Notes: a model not told the origin generated them from the sequence alone. Shown: positions 1-10,874, counted from the first letter of the stretch. The stretch: DNA of 64,000 bases from Chthoniobacteraceae bacterium (GCA_037190965.1 JBBCKI010000063.1:18206-82205), one strand, 5' to 3'. Numbers and translations: made by a program.

Positions 1-1
1 G

Positions 2-1765
2 GTGAACGAAAAAATCCTGACCGACATCACCGCGATCCGCGATGAGTCCGACGAGAACACCCGCGTGGTCATCGAGCTCAAGCGCGATGCCAACCCGCGC
101 GTGGTCATCAACAATCTTTACAAGTACACCGCGCTGGAGTCGTCCTTCTCCGTCACGATGCTCGCCATCGACCACGGCCGGCCGAAGCTCCTCTCCCTCA
201 AGGAAGCGAACCATGCCTACATCGAGCACCGCCGCGAGGTTGTTCTGCGCCGCACCCGGTTCGAACTGAAAAAGGCCGAAGACCGCGCCGAAACGCTGGA
301 AGGTTACCTAATCGCGCTGGCGAACATGGATGATTTCATCAGGATCATCCGCGACTCCGCCAACCGCGAAGAAGCCAAAACCCGCCTGATGGCTTACGAG
401 TTCGGCCGCCGCACGGTGGAAGGGCTCGGCATCCTGATCCGTAGCGAAGCCCGCCTGAACGAGAGCGGCCTTTATCTCTTCAGCGAACAGCAGATCAACG
501 CCATTCTCGAATTGCGCCTCTACCAGCTTACCGGGCTGGAACACGACAAGATCAACACCGAATACCAGGAACTGATCGAGCGGATCAAAGATCTCCTCGA
601 TATTATCGCGCGAGAAGCCCGCGTGTTGCAGATCATTAAGGACGAACTGCGCGCCATCCAGGCCAAGCATGCCACGCCGCGTCTCACGCAGATTGTCCCC
701 GACGAAGGCGAGATCTCGCTGGAAGACCTGATCACCAACGAAGGGACGATCATCACGATCACCCACAACGGTTTCATCAAACGCACCGCCGTGAGCGCCT
801 ACCGCGCCCAGCGCCGGGGCGGCAAGGGGGTTAAGGGAATGGTCACGCGCGAAGGCGCGACGGAGGCCGACGAGGATGATTTCGTCGAGCATCTCTTCAC
901 TGCCACGACGCATGACTACTTGATGTTCTTCACCCAGACCGGGCGTTGCTACATTGAGCGCGTCTACGAGATCCCGGAAATGGGCCGCGCCTCCAAGGGC
1001 CGCTCCATCGCCAATATTCTGGAACTCCGCAGCGACGAGAAGATCGCCGCCACGATCCGCATTCAGGCCAAGAGCGTCGGCAGCGGCCCGCTCGCCATCG
1101 ACAATACGTGGGACGAAGCGCTGCACATCGTGTTCGCCACGCAGTCGGGCATCGTCAAGAAATCGAACCTGGCGGACTTCAAGAACATCCGCAAGGGTGG
1201 GCTCATCGCCATCAAGATTGAGGAGGGAGACCGCCTCATTGACGCCAACCTGACCTCCGGCCAGGACGAGATCGTGCTCATCACCAAACACGGCATCAGC
1301 CTCCGGTTCAGCGAAGAAGAACTTCGCGATCAGGGACGCGACACCGTGGGCGTCTGGGGCATCCGTCCCGAGAAGGGCGACGTGGTGATCGGCATGGCGC
1401 TGGTGAACCCAACCTCCCAGCTCCTTGTCGCGGGTGAGAACGGGATCGGCAAGCGGACCCCGTTTGACGATTACCGCACCCAGTCGCGCGGCGGCAAAGG
1501 GATCATCACCATGAAGATGGGCGACAAGACCGGCAAAGTCGTGGGCGCGCTGACCGTCACCGACAATGACGAGATCATGCTCATCACCAATAAGGGCCAG
1601 ACGGTCCGCACCCGCGTCAAAGAGATCCGCGAAACCAGCCGCAACACCATGGGCGTCAAGCTGATGGATCTGCGCGAGGGCGAAAAACTGGGCGGAATCG
1701 CCCCGGTCGTCAGCCAGGACGAGGAAGAGGAGACAACGGCTGCCGAGGAAACCGAACAGCAATAG
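2..1765 (+). CDS. gyrA: DNA gyrase subunit A, 5'-truncated by the window edge
   Basis: The ORF has IRDESD, LKRDANP, the GyrA-box QRRGGKG, beta-pinwheel repeats (GRASKGR, GRDTVGV, SRGGKG, SRNTMGV) and an acidic tail. Confidence 0.97.
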   Translation: MNEKILTDITAIRDESDENTRVVIELKRDANPRVVINNLYKYTALESSFSVTMLAIDHGRPKLLSLKEANHAYIEHRREVVLRRTRFELKKAEDRAETLEGYLIALANMDDFIRIIRDSANREEAKTRLMAYEFGRRTVEGLGILIRSEARLNESGLYLFSEQQINAILELRLYQLTGLEHDKINTEYQELIERIKDLLDIIAREARVLQIIKDELRAIQAKHATPRLTQIVPDEGEISLEDLITNEGTIITITHNGFIKRTAVSAYRAQRRGGKGVKGMVTREGATEADEDDFVEHLFTATTHDYLMFFTQTGRCYIERVYEIPEMGRASKGRSIANILELRSDEKIAATIRIQAKSVGSGPLAIDNTWDEALHIVFATQSGIVKKSNLADFKNIRKGGLIAIKIEEGDRLIDANLTSGQDEIVLITKHGISLRFSEEELRDQGRDTVGVWGIRPEKGDVVIGMALVNPTSQLLVAGENGIGKRTPFDDYRTQSRGGKGIITMKMGDKTGKVVGALTVTDNDEIMLITNKGQTVRTRVKEIRETSRNTMGVKLMDLREGEKLGGIAPVVSQDEEEETTAAEETEQQ

Positions 1766-1783
1766 CCGGCGAAACAATCTACT

Positions 1784-1821
1784 AAAAACCCTGCCATCCT
1801 TACCGGATGGCAGGGTTTTTT
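1784..1821 (+). terminator. Intrinsic terminator after gyrA, possibly bidirectional
   Basis: AAAAACCCTGCCATCC-ttacc-GGATGGCAGGGTTTTTT is a perfect stem with a U-tract. Confidence 0.9.
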
Positions 1822-1924
1822 CTTACACGGACGCAAGGAAAAATACGCAATTTTGCGAAAATGACAGAATGTCAAATAAAATTATTGCTTCTAGAAAACG
1901 TTTCGCTATCTCTTCGCCCTCATT

Positions 1925-2752
1925 ATGAACAACCGATACACATCCCTGCTCGGGAATTTCTTAACCGTGATTTCAGTTGCAGGCCTCTTGCAGAGCACCG
2001 GCCTGGCCGCATCGCTCGAGGTCTACATTTCCGCACCCACCGAACAAGAGACCTACGTTCAGGGCGCACAGACGGAGACCTTTAATTCGCTGACGTCGGG
2101 CACCACGTCGGGAACCTACCAGTCATCGATCGGAACTTACACCTTCACCAACGCGGTAGTCGCGCCGGCCAACCAATACGGTGGAGCCAATAGTTCGCAG
2201 TACATCAATATCGGGGCCCCCACCGATTCGGCGGTTCCCTTCACGCTGAATCTCAATCAGGAAGCCAACTACTTCGGGTTCTGGTGGTCGGCGGGTGATG
2301 ACAAAAACGAAATCACCTTTTTCTACGATGACACCGAGCTCGCCAGCTTCAGCACGAAGGACATTCTGACGCTCCTCGGCAATCGCGAGACCGGCTCGGT
2401 AACAGCCGTCAATCAGACGACCTATGAATCCCTGGACTATTTCGGAAATCCCAATCCGCATCCGCTCGACGAAAAGATGGAGCCGTTTGCATACGTTCAC
2501 ATCTTCAGCATTGGATTGAAGTTCAATAAAATCGTCTTCTCCAACTCAGGCTCGACCGGGACGGGTTTCGAATCCGACAACCACAGCGTCCACAACTTCG
2601 CCGAAGTGCCGGAACCGGAAGGCAGCACCGTTTTCGTCAAGGAAGTGCCCACCACAGCCGTTCCTGAGCCAAGCACGACCGTGCTGCTCGTCGCGGCCGG
2701 CGGAGCCATGCTCCATCAGCTCGTTCGCCGCCGCAAACAGGCCAAGGCCTGA
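1925..2752 (+). CDS. PEP-CTERM (exosortase-sorted) surface protein, Npun_F0296-like
   Basis: It has an N-terminal signal peptide, NQYGGA and YFGFWWSAGD motifs, and a C-terminal VPEPST followed by a hydrophobic helix and RRRK. Confidence 0.88.
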   Translation: MNNRYTSLLGNFLTVISVAGLLQSTGLAASLEVYISAPTEQETYVQGAQTETFNSLTSGTTSGTYQSSIGTYTFTNAVVAPANQYGGANSSQYINIGAPTDSAVPFTLNLNQEANYFGFWWSAGDDKNEITFFYDDTELASFSTKDILTLLGNRETGSVTAVNQTTYESLDYFGNPNPHPLDEKMEPFAYVHIFSIGLKFNKIVFSNSGSTGTGFESDNHSVHNFAEVPEPEGSTVFVKEVPTTAVPEPSTTVLLVAAGGAMLHQLVRRRKQAKA

Positions 2753-2782
2753 TTTGAAAGGTAGCTAACTTTATCAGATGAC

Positions 2783-2822
2783 TGCCGCCTGCCTCTCGAC
2801 TTCCTCGAGAAAGCAGGCGGCA
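2783..2822. terminator. Stem-loop downstream of the PEP-CTERM gene (possible terminator)
   Basis: TGCCGCCTGC..TCTCGA-cttcc-TCGAGA..GCAGGCGGCA is an inverted repeat. There is no U-tract. Confidence 0.4.
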
Positions 2823-2992
2823 AGATCTGACAGTCCCCGTTCCAGAGCGCCCCAACCGTGACTCTCGGAAAATCGATGAGAGGCAGATGCTTCACCTCCG
2901 GGTGAGGCAAGACGCCAAGGATCGTGGCCGTCACGCCAATTCCAAAACCGTTGGCCACGTAACATTCAATCAGGCGCGTCGAATTAACCTCG

Positions 2993-3208
2993 ATGCCGGG
3001 GCGCCATTCGACGCCGAGCTATTCCAAGCCTCGCTGGAAACAAAAGCAGACCGTTTCCCCGGGCGCGAAGGTGATCAATGTCTCTTCGATCGCCTCGTTC
3101 TTCCAAAGATCAGCTCACCGGATCGCGGCGTTCATCGTCGTCCCGATCATCGCGATGCTCGCCTCGTTCCTCTACCAACGTTTTCTGGGATCCCAATCGG
3201 GTGCATGA
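2993..3208 (+). CDS. Possible small membrane protein (71 aa)
   Basis: The ORF fills an intergenic gap and has a basic N-terminus and one hydrophobic segment (IAAFIVVPIIAMLASFLY). No family was recognised. Confidence 0.3.
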   Translation: MPGRHSTPSYSKPRWKQKQTVSPGAKVINVSSIASFFQRSAHRIAAFIVVPIIAMLASFLYQRFLGSQSGA

Positions 3209-3211
3209 CAT

Positions 3212-3370
3212 GGTGCGGCAGCACCGGTAGCCCGCTCGCGCCGTCGAGCGCGGGGCTCGGCTCCCTTAGCTCATGAAGGCCGCATCCCAATACCGACAGC
3301 CCGTCCTGCAGGGATGGACGCCGAACGCGGCTCCTCACCGATCCCGCGCTCTCGGCGAGAGCGGGTTACC
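3212..3370 (+). repeat. Repeat family A copy 1: GTAG-type REP doublet (REPIN-like)
   Basis: Inverted ends GGTAGCCCGCTCGCGCCGTCGAGCGCGGG ... CCCGCGCTCTCGGCGAGAGCGGGTTACC are preceded by a small hairpin GGTGC-ggca-GCACC. Related copies are at 8277, 41219/43288 and 55354. Confidence 0.85.
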
Positions 3371-3448
3371 TTGCCGACCCTTCGAATCTGCGAGGCAGGA
3401 TTAGCCGTTGCGGGCGAAAGGTTTTGTCGTAATCTAGGCACTCACATC

Positions 3449-4912
3449 ATGCGACATCCCGTTTCGCTCCTCCTTCTTTTGTTAACGCTCCAGGTTCGGT
3501 CGTTTGGCATCACCATCCCGGAGATCCGAAAAAGCCTGGTGCGGATTACCACAACCTCGCAGGAGGCGAACTACCGCGTCCCGTGGCAACTGGGCAGCGT
3601 GAGCGGCGGGACGGGGGCCGGCTTCGTCATTAAGGGGAACCGCATCCTGACCAATGCCCACGTCGTCAGCAACGCCCGCTTCCTTTCGCTGGAGCGGGAG
3701 AACGACCCGAAGCGTTACATCGCGCGCGTGGAACACATTGCCCACGACTGTGACCTCGCCGTCCTGACGGTGACCGACCCGAAATTCTTCGAGGGCACCG
3801 CGCCACTCCCCTTCACCAAGAAAATCCCGCAGATTGAGTCATCGGTCTCCGTCTACGGCTACCCGATTGGGGGGAACCGCCTCTCCGTGACCACAGGGGT
3901 GGTTTCACGCATCGACTTCCAGACATACTCCCATTCCGCGGTCGATTCCCACCTCGCTATCCAGACGAATGCCGCGATCAACCCCGGCAACAGCGGCGGC
4001 CCGGTCTTGCAGGAGGGCAAAGTCGTCGGCGTCGCTTTTCAGGGTTACAGCGGCGATGTCGCCCAGAACGTCGGGTACATGATCCCGGTGCCCGTGGTGC
4101 AGCGCTTCCTCAAAGACGTCGAAGACGGGAAGTACGATCACTACATGGATCTCTCCATCGCCACCTTTCCGCTGCTCAACCCCGCGCAACGACGCGCGCT
4201 CGGCCTGCCGAATGACGACAAGGGCATCCTTGTCGGCTCGGTCATTTCCGGAGGCGCATGCGACGGGATACTTCAATCCGGGGATGTGATCCTCAGCATC
4301 GACGGGCATGACGTGGAGGCCGACGGATTCGTGGAGCTCGAGGGCGAACGGGTGGAGATGCCGGAGATTGTGGAGCGCAAATTCAAGGGCGACTCCGTAA
4401 AGTTCCGCATTCTCCGCGACAAAAAGGAACTGACCCTCTCCACCACCTTCGACGAGGCATGGCCTCACCAGCTTCAGGCCAACAAGTACGACATCCGGCC
4501 GCGCTATGTGCTCTTTGGCGGGCTTCTCTTCCAACCCCTCTCCCGCAATTTTCTGGAGACCTACCAGACCGACGATCTGCGGGTCCGCTTCTTCTACAAC
4601 TACTTCCTGGCCGATGAAATCTACAAGGAACGCCCGGACGTCATCGTGCTGAGCGCCATTCTGCCCGACCCGATCAACACCTATCTTGGCGATCTGAGAA
4701 ACGGCATCGTCGACGAGGTCAACGGGACCAAAATCAAGACGCTGCAGGAGCTTTCCGACGCCTTCGCCAAACAGTCCGACGATTACGTCATCAAACTCGT
4801 GGGAGAAGGCCGCCCCATCGTCCTCGAACGTGCCGCCGTGGAAGGCGCGCGGGAGAGAATCAACGCCCGTTACAACGTTCGCGCCGAACAGAACCTGAGC
4901 GAGACGCCATGA
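3449..4912 (+). CDS. HtrA/Deg-type (Deg2-like) serine protease with PDZ domains, catalytically intact
   Basis: A signal peptide begins at MRHPVSLLL (ATG 3449). The triad motifs TNAHVV, HDCDLA and NPGNSGGP are followed by a PDZ region. Confidence 0.92.
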   Translation: MRHPVSLLLLLLTLQVRSFGITIPEIRKSLVRITTTSQEANYRVPWQLGSVSGGTGAGFVIKGNRILTNAHVVSNARFLSLERENDPKRYIARVEHIAHDCDLAVLTVTDPKFFEGTAPLPFTKKIPQIESSVSVYGYPIGGNRLSVTTGVVSRIDFQTYSHSAVDSHLAIQTNAAINPGNSGGPVLQEGKVVGVAFQGYSGDVAQNVGYMIPVPVVQRFLKDVEDGKYDHYMDLSIATFPLLNPAQRRALGLPNDDKGILVGSVISGGACDGILQSGDVILSIDGHDVEADGFVELEGERVEMPEIVERKFKGDSVKFRILRDKKELTLSTTFDEAWPHQLQANKYDIRPRYVLFGGLLFQPLSRNFLETYQTDDLRVRFFYNYFLADEIYKERPDVIVLSAILPDPINTYLGDLRNGIVDEVNGTKIKTLQELSDAFAKQSDDYVIKLVGEGRPIVLERAAVEGARERINARYNVRAEQNLSETP

Positions 4913-6576
4913 AGAGCCCCACAGATCCCAAGCTCTTTTTCTCCTTTCCCAAGCCGCCCTTGCTTATGACTTCCCGCATTGTTTGTCTGATCTGCCTTTT
5001 CCCGCTCTCCGGAGCGTTATCCCCGTCGGCGTTCGGAAAGAAGGCCGCAGAGCCCGTCACCGCCAACACGGTCGCCGTCGTGCTCGACCAGAAGGCCGAG
5101 GTCACCACGGAAAAGCCGCTCTCCGTGATCCGGGTGAACGTGACCAACCAGCCGTACGATTTCTTCCGCCCTTGGACCAAACGCGCCCCGTACCAGCGTC
5201 GCGCCGTCGGTCCCGTGCTGGATGGCCCGGGGGGTAAGCAGGTCCTTGTCACCGGGGAACTCGTGGCCAACGCCACCTATGTGGAACTCGAAAAGCCCGA
5301 TAGCGGCGAAAAGACTCCCGCGATGGTGGTGGCGCTCGACTACGCCTGCAACCTTGCCCTCGTCAAACCGGTCTCCGAACGCTTTCTCGACAGCTTCAAG
5401 GCGCTTGCCCTTGGCGAATCGCGCATCGGCGACGATCTTTTCGTCTGGCAGCTCGAAGGCAACGGGACGCTGCTGAGCACCCGCGCCCTGCTGACTTCGG
5501 CGGAGGTCTCGCGCTACCCGATCGACGACACCTCGCTGCTCCTCTACCGGCTTACCTCCGCCTTGCAGCCGCGCGAAGGGAGCTTCACGACGCCGGTGGT
5601 CCGGGGCGATTTCCTGACCGGAATGGTCGTCCGGTTCGACTCCCGCACTCAGAATGCCGACGCCATTCCCGCCCCGGTCATCCGGCATTTTATCAAATCT
5701 GCCGCCGAGAAATCGGGTGGATTCCCACAGGCCGGGTTCAGCTTCTCCGCCCTGCGCGATCCGCAACTGCGCCGCTACAGCGGCCTGACCAATGGCAATG
5801 ACGGCGTTTACATCACCGAAGTCCAACGCGGCAGCGCGGCCGAAAAAGCGGGGCTTCAGGTGGGCGACGTGCTTCAGAGCATCGGCGACCGGCCCGTGGA
5901 CCGCGACGGGAACTACCTTGACCCCGTTTACGGCAAGGTCTCCATCGTTCACCTTCTTTCCACGCTTCATTTCTCGGGCGAAACCGTCCCGTTCAAAATT
6001 GCGCGACAGGGAGACTCGGTCACGCTCAACGTCACCCTCACCCATGCCGATCCCACCAAATCGGTCATCGAGCCTTACGTGATCGATCGCGCGCCGCGCT
6101 ATCACATCGTCGGCGGGCTGGTCTTTCAGGAGCTTTCCCGGCAGTACCTCAAGGAGTGGGGGCTCGACTGGGTCAAAAAGGCGCCGGACCGCTTCGTTTA
6201 CCTCGACCGCTACCAGTCTGAGCTTTTCAAGGACGATCCCCGGGAACGCGTTGTCATCCTGAGCCAGGTTCTCCCCTCCCCCTGCACGATCGGGTATGAA
6301 GAATTGAGCGGGCTGATCGTCAACGAGATCAACGGTGTAAAACTCAAAAGCATCGCTGACATCGAAAGCGCGCTGACCAACTCCATCGATGGATTCCATC
6401 GCATTCGCTTCCCGGATGGCCCCCGCGAAATCGTCCTGGATGCCAAAGAGGTTGCCGAGATTGAGCCTGATCTGATGAAAAACTACGGACTGCCCGCCCT
6501 CAAATCGGTCGAGCCCGAAGGCGCGGCGACTGCGACGGCCTCCGCAAAGACGGAATCGGGCGCGGCGGGAAAATAA
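4909..6576 (+). CDS. HtrA/Deg-like PDZ protein with a degenerate protease domain (pseudoprotease)
   Basis: The architecture is collinear with the upstream protease, but the triad positions read LVTGELV, YACNLAL and REGSFTTP. It has an ATGA overlap with the upstream gene; an alternative start is at 4966. Confidence 0.8.
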   Translation: MKSPTDPKLFFSFPKPPLLMTSRIVCLICLFPLSGALSPSAFGKKAAEPVTANTVAVVLDQKAEVTTEKPLSVIRVNVTNQPYDFFRPWTKRAPYQRRAVGPVLDGPGGKQVLVTGELVANATYVELEKPDSGEKTPAMVVALDYACNLALVKPVSERFLDSFKALALGESRIGDDLFVWQLEGNGTLLSTRALLTSAEVSRYPIDDTSLLLYRLTSALQPREGSFTTPVVRGDFLTGMVVRFDSRTQNADAIPAPVIRHFIKSAAEKSGGFPQAGFSFSALRDPQLRRYSGLTNGNDGVYITEVQRGSAAEKAGLQVGDVLQSIGDRPVDRDGNYLDPVYGKVSIVHLLSTLHFSGETVPFKIARQGDSVTLNVTLTHADPTKSVIEPYVIDRAPRYHIVGGLVFQELSRQYLKEWGLDWVKKAPDRFVYLDRYQSELFKDDPRERVVILSQVLPSPCTIGYEELSGLIVNEINGVKLKSIADIESALTNSIDGFHRIRFPDGPREIVLDAKEVAEIEPDLMKNYGLPALKSVEPEGAATATASAKTESGAAGK

Positions 6577-6628
6577 GGCAATTGTCGTTTGCAATCGCGC
6601 GGCGGCATTTGCAATATGACCCGCTTCT

Positions 6629-8215
6629 ATGTCCGAGCCCGCCAACGTGTCCAAAATCGTCATTCTCGACTTCGGGTCGCAGTACACCCAGGTCATCGCC
6701 CGGCGCATTCGCGAGTGTGCCGTTTATTCGCAGATCGTGAAGTACGACACGGCTCCGGAGGAGATCGCGAAACTCGGCGCGCGCGGCATCATTCTCTCGG
6801 GCGGCCCGGCCAGCGTTTATTCGAAGGACGCCCCGCAGGTCGATCCCCGGATTTTTGATCTCGGCATTCCGGTGCTCGGCATCTGTTACGGGATGCAGCT
6901 CATGGGCTTCCACTTGGGCGGCAAGGTGGAACACTCCGACCGGCGCGAGTACGGCGCGGGCTCCCTCTTCCTGAAAAACGAGGCGGGCGAACGCACCGGC
7001 CAGTGCGGGCTTTTTGACGGCCTGCCGGACTCCCTCGACGTCTGGAACAGCCACGGTGACAAACTCACCAAGCTCCCCTCCGGCTTTCACGCCGTGGGGC
7101 ATACCGACAACTCCCCCTTTGCCGCCATCGAGAACGCGCAGAAGCGTTTCTTCGGCCTCCAGTTCCACCCCGAGGTGGCACACACCCCGCGCGGCAAGGA
7201 GATCATCCAGAATTTTGTTTACAAGATCTGCGAGTGCAAGATGGACTGGACGATGGGGTCGTTCATCGAGCAGACCTGCGAGGAGATCCGCCGCACCGTC
7301 GGCAAAGATCATGTCGTGCTCGGCTTGAGCGGCGGCGTCGATTCCTCCGTCGCGGCGGCCCTGCTCCACAAGGCCATCGGCGACCAGCTCACCTGCGTGT
7401 TCGTCAACAACGGCCTGCTCCGCGCCAACGAGGCGGAATCGGTGCAGAAACTCTACGGCGACAACTTCCAGATCAAGCTCAAGTATGTCGACGCCTCCGC
7501 CCAATTCCTGGGCAAGCTCGCGGGCGTCACCGACCCCGAGACGAAGCGTAAAATCATCGGCACCGAGTTCATCCGCGTTTTTGAAGATGCCGTGCGCGAT
7601 CTCACCACCGGGAGCGAAAACTTCCGCTTCCTCGCGCAAGGCACGCTGTATCCCGACGTGATCGAGAGCGTCTCCATCTCCGGGAATCCCGCCGCGCTCA
7701 TCAAGAGCCACCACAACGTCGGCGGGCTGCCCGAAGACATGAAATTCGAACTGGTCGAACCGCTTCGGCAGCTTTTCAAAGACGAAGTGCGCCAGGTCGG
7801 CACCCAGCTCGGGCTGCCGAAGGAAGTGGTGCACCGCCAGCCGTTCCCCGGCCCCGGCCTTGCTGTTCGCATCCTTGGCGAGATCACCGAGGAACGCCTC
7901 CGCATCCTTCGCGACGCCGACGCGATCGTCGTCAGCGAGATGAAAGCGAGCGAATGGTACTACCGAGTCTGGCAGTCGTTCGCCGTGCTTCTCCCCGTCC
8001 GCTCCGTGGGCGTCATGGGCGATGAGCGGACCTACGAGAACACGGTCGCGCTCCGCATCGTCGAGAGCCAGGACGGCATGACCGCCGACTGGGTGCGCCT
8101 CCCCTACGAGTTGCTCGCCAAGATCTCTTCGCGCATCTGCAACGAAGTCAAAGGGGTCAACCGAGTCTGCTACGACATCTCCAGCAAGCCACCGAGCACG
8201 ATTGAGTGGGAGTAA
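6629..8215 (+). CDS. guaA: GMP synthase (glutamine-hydrolysing)
   Basis: Motifs [37 protein letters not shown] and C-terminal KPPSTIEWE are present. Confidence 0.98.
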   Translation: MSEPANVSKIVILDFGSQYTQVIARRIRECAVYSQIVKYDTAPEEIAKLGARGIILSGGPASVYSKDAPQVDPRIFDLGIPVLGICYGMQLMGFHLGGKVEHSDRREYGAGSLFLKNEAGERTGQCGLFDGLPDSLDVWNSHGDKLTKLPSGFHAVGHTDNSPFAAIENAQKRFFGLQFHPEVAHTPRGKEIIQNFVYKICECKMDWTMGSFIEQTCEEIRRTVGKDHVVLGLSGGVDSSVAAALLHKAIGDQLTCVFVNNGLLRANEAESVQKLYGDNFQIKLKYVDASAQFLGKLAGVTDPETKRKIIGTEFIRVFEDAVRDLTTGSENFRFLAQGTLYPDVIESVSISGNPAALIKSHHNVGGLPEDMKFELVEPLRQLFKDEVRQVGTQLGLPKEVVHRQPFPGPGLAVRILGEITEERLRILRDADAIVVSEMKASEWYYRVWQSFAVLLPVRSVGVMGDERTYENTVALRIVESQDGMTADWVRLPYELLAKISSRICNEVKGVNRVCYDISSKPPSTIEWE

Positions 8216-8276
8216 ATCCCACCTGGAGAGCACTAAGGAAGACGCACTCAGCCCCTTCTGCTTTCAGTGGAAAAGA

Positions 8277-8446
8277 GGTAGCCCGCTCGCGCCGTCGAGC
8301 GCGGGATCGGTGAAGAGTCGCGTTTGGCGCGCATCCCCCCGCGGGACGGGCTCGACGGGCCGCCGGGATTGGAATGTAGCCGTCATGAAATCACGAAGTC
8401 GATACCCGCGCTCGCGGCGCGAGCGAGCTACCGGTGATGCCACACC
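8277..8446 (-). repeat. Repeat family A copy 2 (reverse orientation)
   Basis: GGTAGCCCGCTCGCGCCGTCGAGCGCGGG ... CCCGCGCTCGCGGCGCGAGCGAGCTACC lies between the convergent guaA and SDR genes. Confidence 0.85.
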
Positions 8447-8491
8447 GGGCTACACCAAGCCACGTCTTCTTCATCAAACATTTGCTGCCCC

Positions 8492-9292
8492 TTACTCGTG
8501 GTAATTCCAAAGCAAACCGCCATCCACAAACACCGTCGTCCCGGTCATATACGCCGCGTCGTCTGAGGCTAGGAACGCCGCCACGCCCGCAACGTCATCC
8601 GTCTCACCCAGGCGACCAAGAGGGATCTGGGAGACCAGCGCGGCCACCTTCTTCTCGTCCTTCAGAAGAGTGACATTGATGGGGGTGCGGATCGCCCCCG
8701 GTGCGATGCTGTTGATGGTAATCCCCAGGGGAGCCAGTTCGACCGCCAGATTGCGCGTGAGCATCCTGACGCCGCCCTTGCTTGCGCAGTAGGCGGCAAA
8801 GCCCGGCAACGGCAGTTCCTCGTGCACCGAACTGATGTTGATGACCCGGCCCGGCTGCCGTGCCGCCTTGAGCGCGCAGACGAAGGCCCGCGTGGTGAAG
8901 AAAACTCCCCTCAGGTTAACGTCGAGCACACGGTCATAATCTTCCTCGGAGACCTCCCAGAACGGCGCTTTGCGTTCGAGCCCGGCATTGTTGACGAGGA
9001 TGTCCACTTTGCCGAAGCGCTCCAGGGTTTTCTCAAAAATGGCCGGAATCTGGCGGGTGTCCCCAAGATCAGCCTGCACGGCCAGTCCCTTCCTGCCTTC
9101 CTCCTCGATCTTCCCGACCGTCTCGGCCGCGCCTTCGGGGTGGCTCCGATAGACCACCGCCACATCGGCCCCGTCCCGCGCCAACCGAATGGCGATCCCC
9201 TGCCCTATTCCCTGGCTGCCGCCGGTCACGAGGGCGACTTTCCCGGCAAGCCTCTGTCCTGATCCTTGTTTTTCGTTCATGGCGATTGCCAT
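8492..9292 (-). CDS. Short-chain dehydrogenase/reductase, glucose 1-dehydrogenase-like
   Basis: Motifs TGGSQGIG, NNAG, NISSVHE and YCASKGG are present. The start may be at 9280. Confidence 0.92.
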   Translation of the reverse strand: MAIAMNEKQGSGQRLAGKVALVTGGSQGIGQGIAIRLARDGADVAVVYRSHPEGAAETVGKIEEEGRKGLAVQADLGDTRQIPAIFEKTLERFGKVDILVNNAGLERKAPFWEVSEEDYDRVLDVNLRGVFFTTRAFVCALKAARQPGRVINISSVHEELPLPGFAAYCASKGGVRMLTRNLAVELAPLGITINSIAPGAIRTPINVTLLKDEKKVAALVSQIPLGRLGETDDVAGVAAFLASDDAAYMTGTTVFVDGGLLWNYHE

Positions 9293-9348
9293 TAAATCGC
9301 GAGCCGCGCCCCTTCAGGTTGGCGTCAGGATTTGGACGCGGTGCTTTG

Positions 9349-9747
9349 CTAAAAGGACGCCCGCACAGGCACGGTCACTTCCAGCACCAGTTCCTGATCA
9401 AAGCGCTGTTGGTACGTGTTTCGAATCTTCTGGATTCGAATACTATCTTCCCGGCTCGGTTGATGAACGAGGAGCAGAAGCCATGTTTTTTCCCGGATCA
9501 ATTTACCCTGTTTGGTGCGCCACTGCCCCTTGCTATCGATAATCGTCAGGCCGTCGGGAAATCGGGGCGTGATCTCGGTATCGAGAAACGACTGCCATTC
9601 CTTTTCCGAAACGGTCCCCCCATTGCCCTTCGTAGCACCGAAGTACAGTTCGGTCTTCACCATGGAACGGGAAGCAGAAGGAAGTGTCGAGCAGCCGCTG
9701 AAGGCGAGAAGCCCGATGGTGAGAAGGCAGAAAAGAGAGGCTTTCAT
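9349..9747 (-). CDS. DUF3574-like lipoprotein
   Basis: It has a lipobox FSGC and motifs TELYFG, FLDTEITPRFPDGLT and YQQRFDQE. Confidence 0.85.
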   Translation of the reverse strand: MKASLFCLLTIGLLAFSGCSTLPSASRSMVKTELYFGATKGNGGTVSEKEWQSFLDTEITPRFPDGLTIIDSKGQWRTKQGKLIREKTWLLLLVHQPSREDSIRIQKIRNTYQQRFDQELVLEVTVPVRASF

Positions 9748-9864
9748 CAGAGTTTGTCAGAGCAATGAGACATTGGGAGATTTCCTCCTCTTGTATCGAC
9801 TCAGGCAAGCCCCGTCCATCTGAACAGCTTGTTGCACGAAGCGCCAAAGATTAGACTCCCGGGC

Positions 9865-10827
9865 ATGCAATACGCGCAACTGGGCACAACGGATCTCAAT
9901 GTTTCCCGAATCTGCTTCGGCACCTGGCAGCTCTCGCCTCGCTTTTGGGGCGAAATCCCGCTGGCCGAATGGCGGGAAGCACTTCATACAGCGTTGGAGC
10001 ATGGTATCAACTTCATCGATACCGCCGACGCCTATGGCGATGGTTTTTCCGAAAGCACGCTGGGCGATGAACTTCGCGCCTCCGGCACACGGGATCGCTT
10101 CGTCGTAGCCACCAAGTTTTACTGGAACATCACGTCGCAATCCCAACATCCCGACACCCGCCGCGACTACATCCTGCGCGCCTGCGAAACCTCTCTAAAG
10201 CGACTGAAGACCGATCGCATCGATCTCTACCAGATCCACGCCTGGGACCCTTTAATGCAGCCCGAAGGCGTCGGCGAGGCGTTCGCGCAGTTGCATCGCG
10301 AAGGCAAGGTCCGTTGGTTCGGCGTCAGCAACTGGAACCCCACGCAAATCTCGCTGGGCCGCCGCCATTTCCAGATCTCCAGCCTCCAGCCCAAATACAG
10401 CCTGCTCTCGCGGGAGATCGAAAAGCAGGAACTCCCCTGTTGTATGGAGCATCGAATCGGCACGCTCGTCTATTCACCCCTCGCCCGAGGGTTGCTCGGC
10501 GGGAAATATAAATCCGGCCAGACATTCAACGACCAACGAGCTTCGGAAATGCTTTTCCAGGGCCCGGCCTTCGAAGCGATCCTCGAAGGGGTGAACGAGC
10601 TTCGCTTGCTGGCCGAGGCAAGCGGGTTGAGCGTCGCCCAATTCGCCATCCGGTGGGTCTTGACCCATCCGGGAGTCACCTCCGCCATCGTCGGCATCAA
10701 GAGCCGCCCTCACCTCGACATTGCATCCGCCGCGGACGGCGTGCTCTCGCAGGAAATCTGGCATCGCGCCGCGGAAATCATGGAGAACGCCAAAGCCAAG
10801 GCCTTGAAAAATCAGGCGAACGGCTGA
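9865..10827 (+). CDS. Aldo/keto reductase
   Basis: Motifs GINFIDTADAYG, VATKF, SLKRLKTDRIDLYQIH and YSPLARG are present. The start was set at MQYAQLG (ATG 9865), 7 nt after TAGACT. Confidence 0.93.
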   Translation: MQYAQLGTTDLNVSRICFGTWQLSPRFWGEIPLAEWREALHTALEHGINFIDTADAYGDGFSESTLGDELRASGTRDRFVVATKFYWNITSQSQHPDTRRDYILRACETSLKRLKTDRIDLYQIHAWDPLMQPEGVGEAFAQLHREGKVRWFGVSNWNPTQISLGRRHFQISSLQPKYSLLSREIEKQELPCCMEHRIGTLVYSPLARGLLGGKYKSGQTFNDQRASEMLFQGPAFEAILEGVNELRLLAEASGLSVAQFAIRWVLTHPGVTSAIVGIKSRPHLDIASAADGVLSQEIWHRAAEIMENAKAKALKNQANG

Positions 10828-10874
10828 AACGTGGCCAAAAAACGGCGATCGGGAAAAAATTTTCGGAAACCCGT

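Noticed and set aside
308..8233. Long minus-strand ORFs (308-1777, 5017-6708, 6500-8233)
   Set aside because: They are antisense to gyrA, the HtrA-like gene and guaA, which have clear family motifs.
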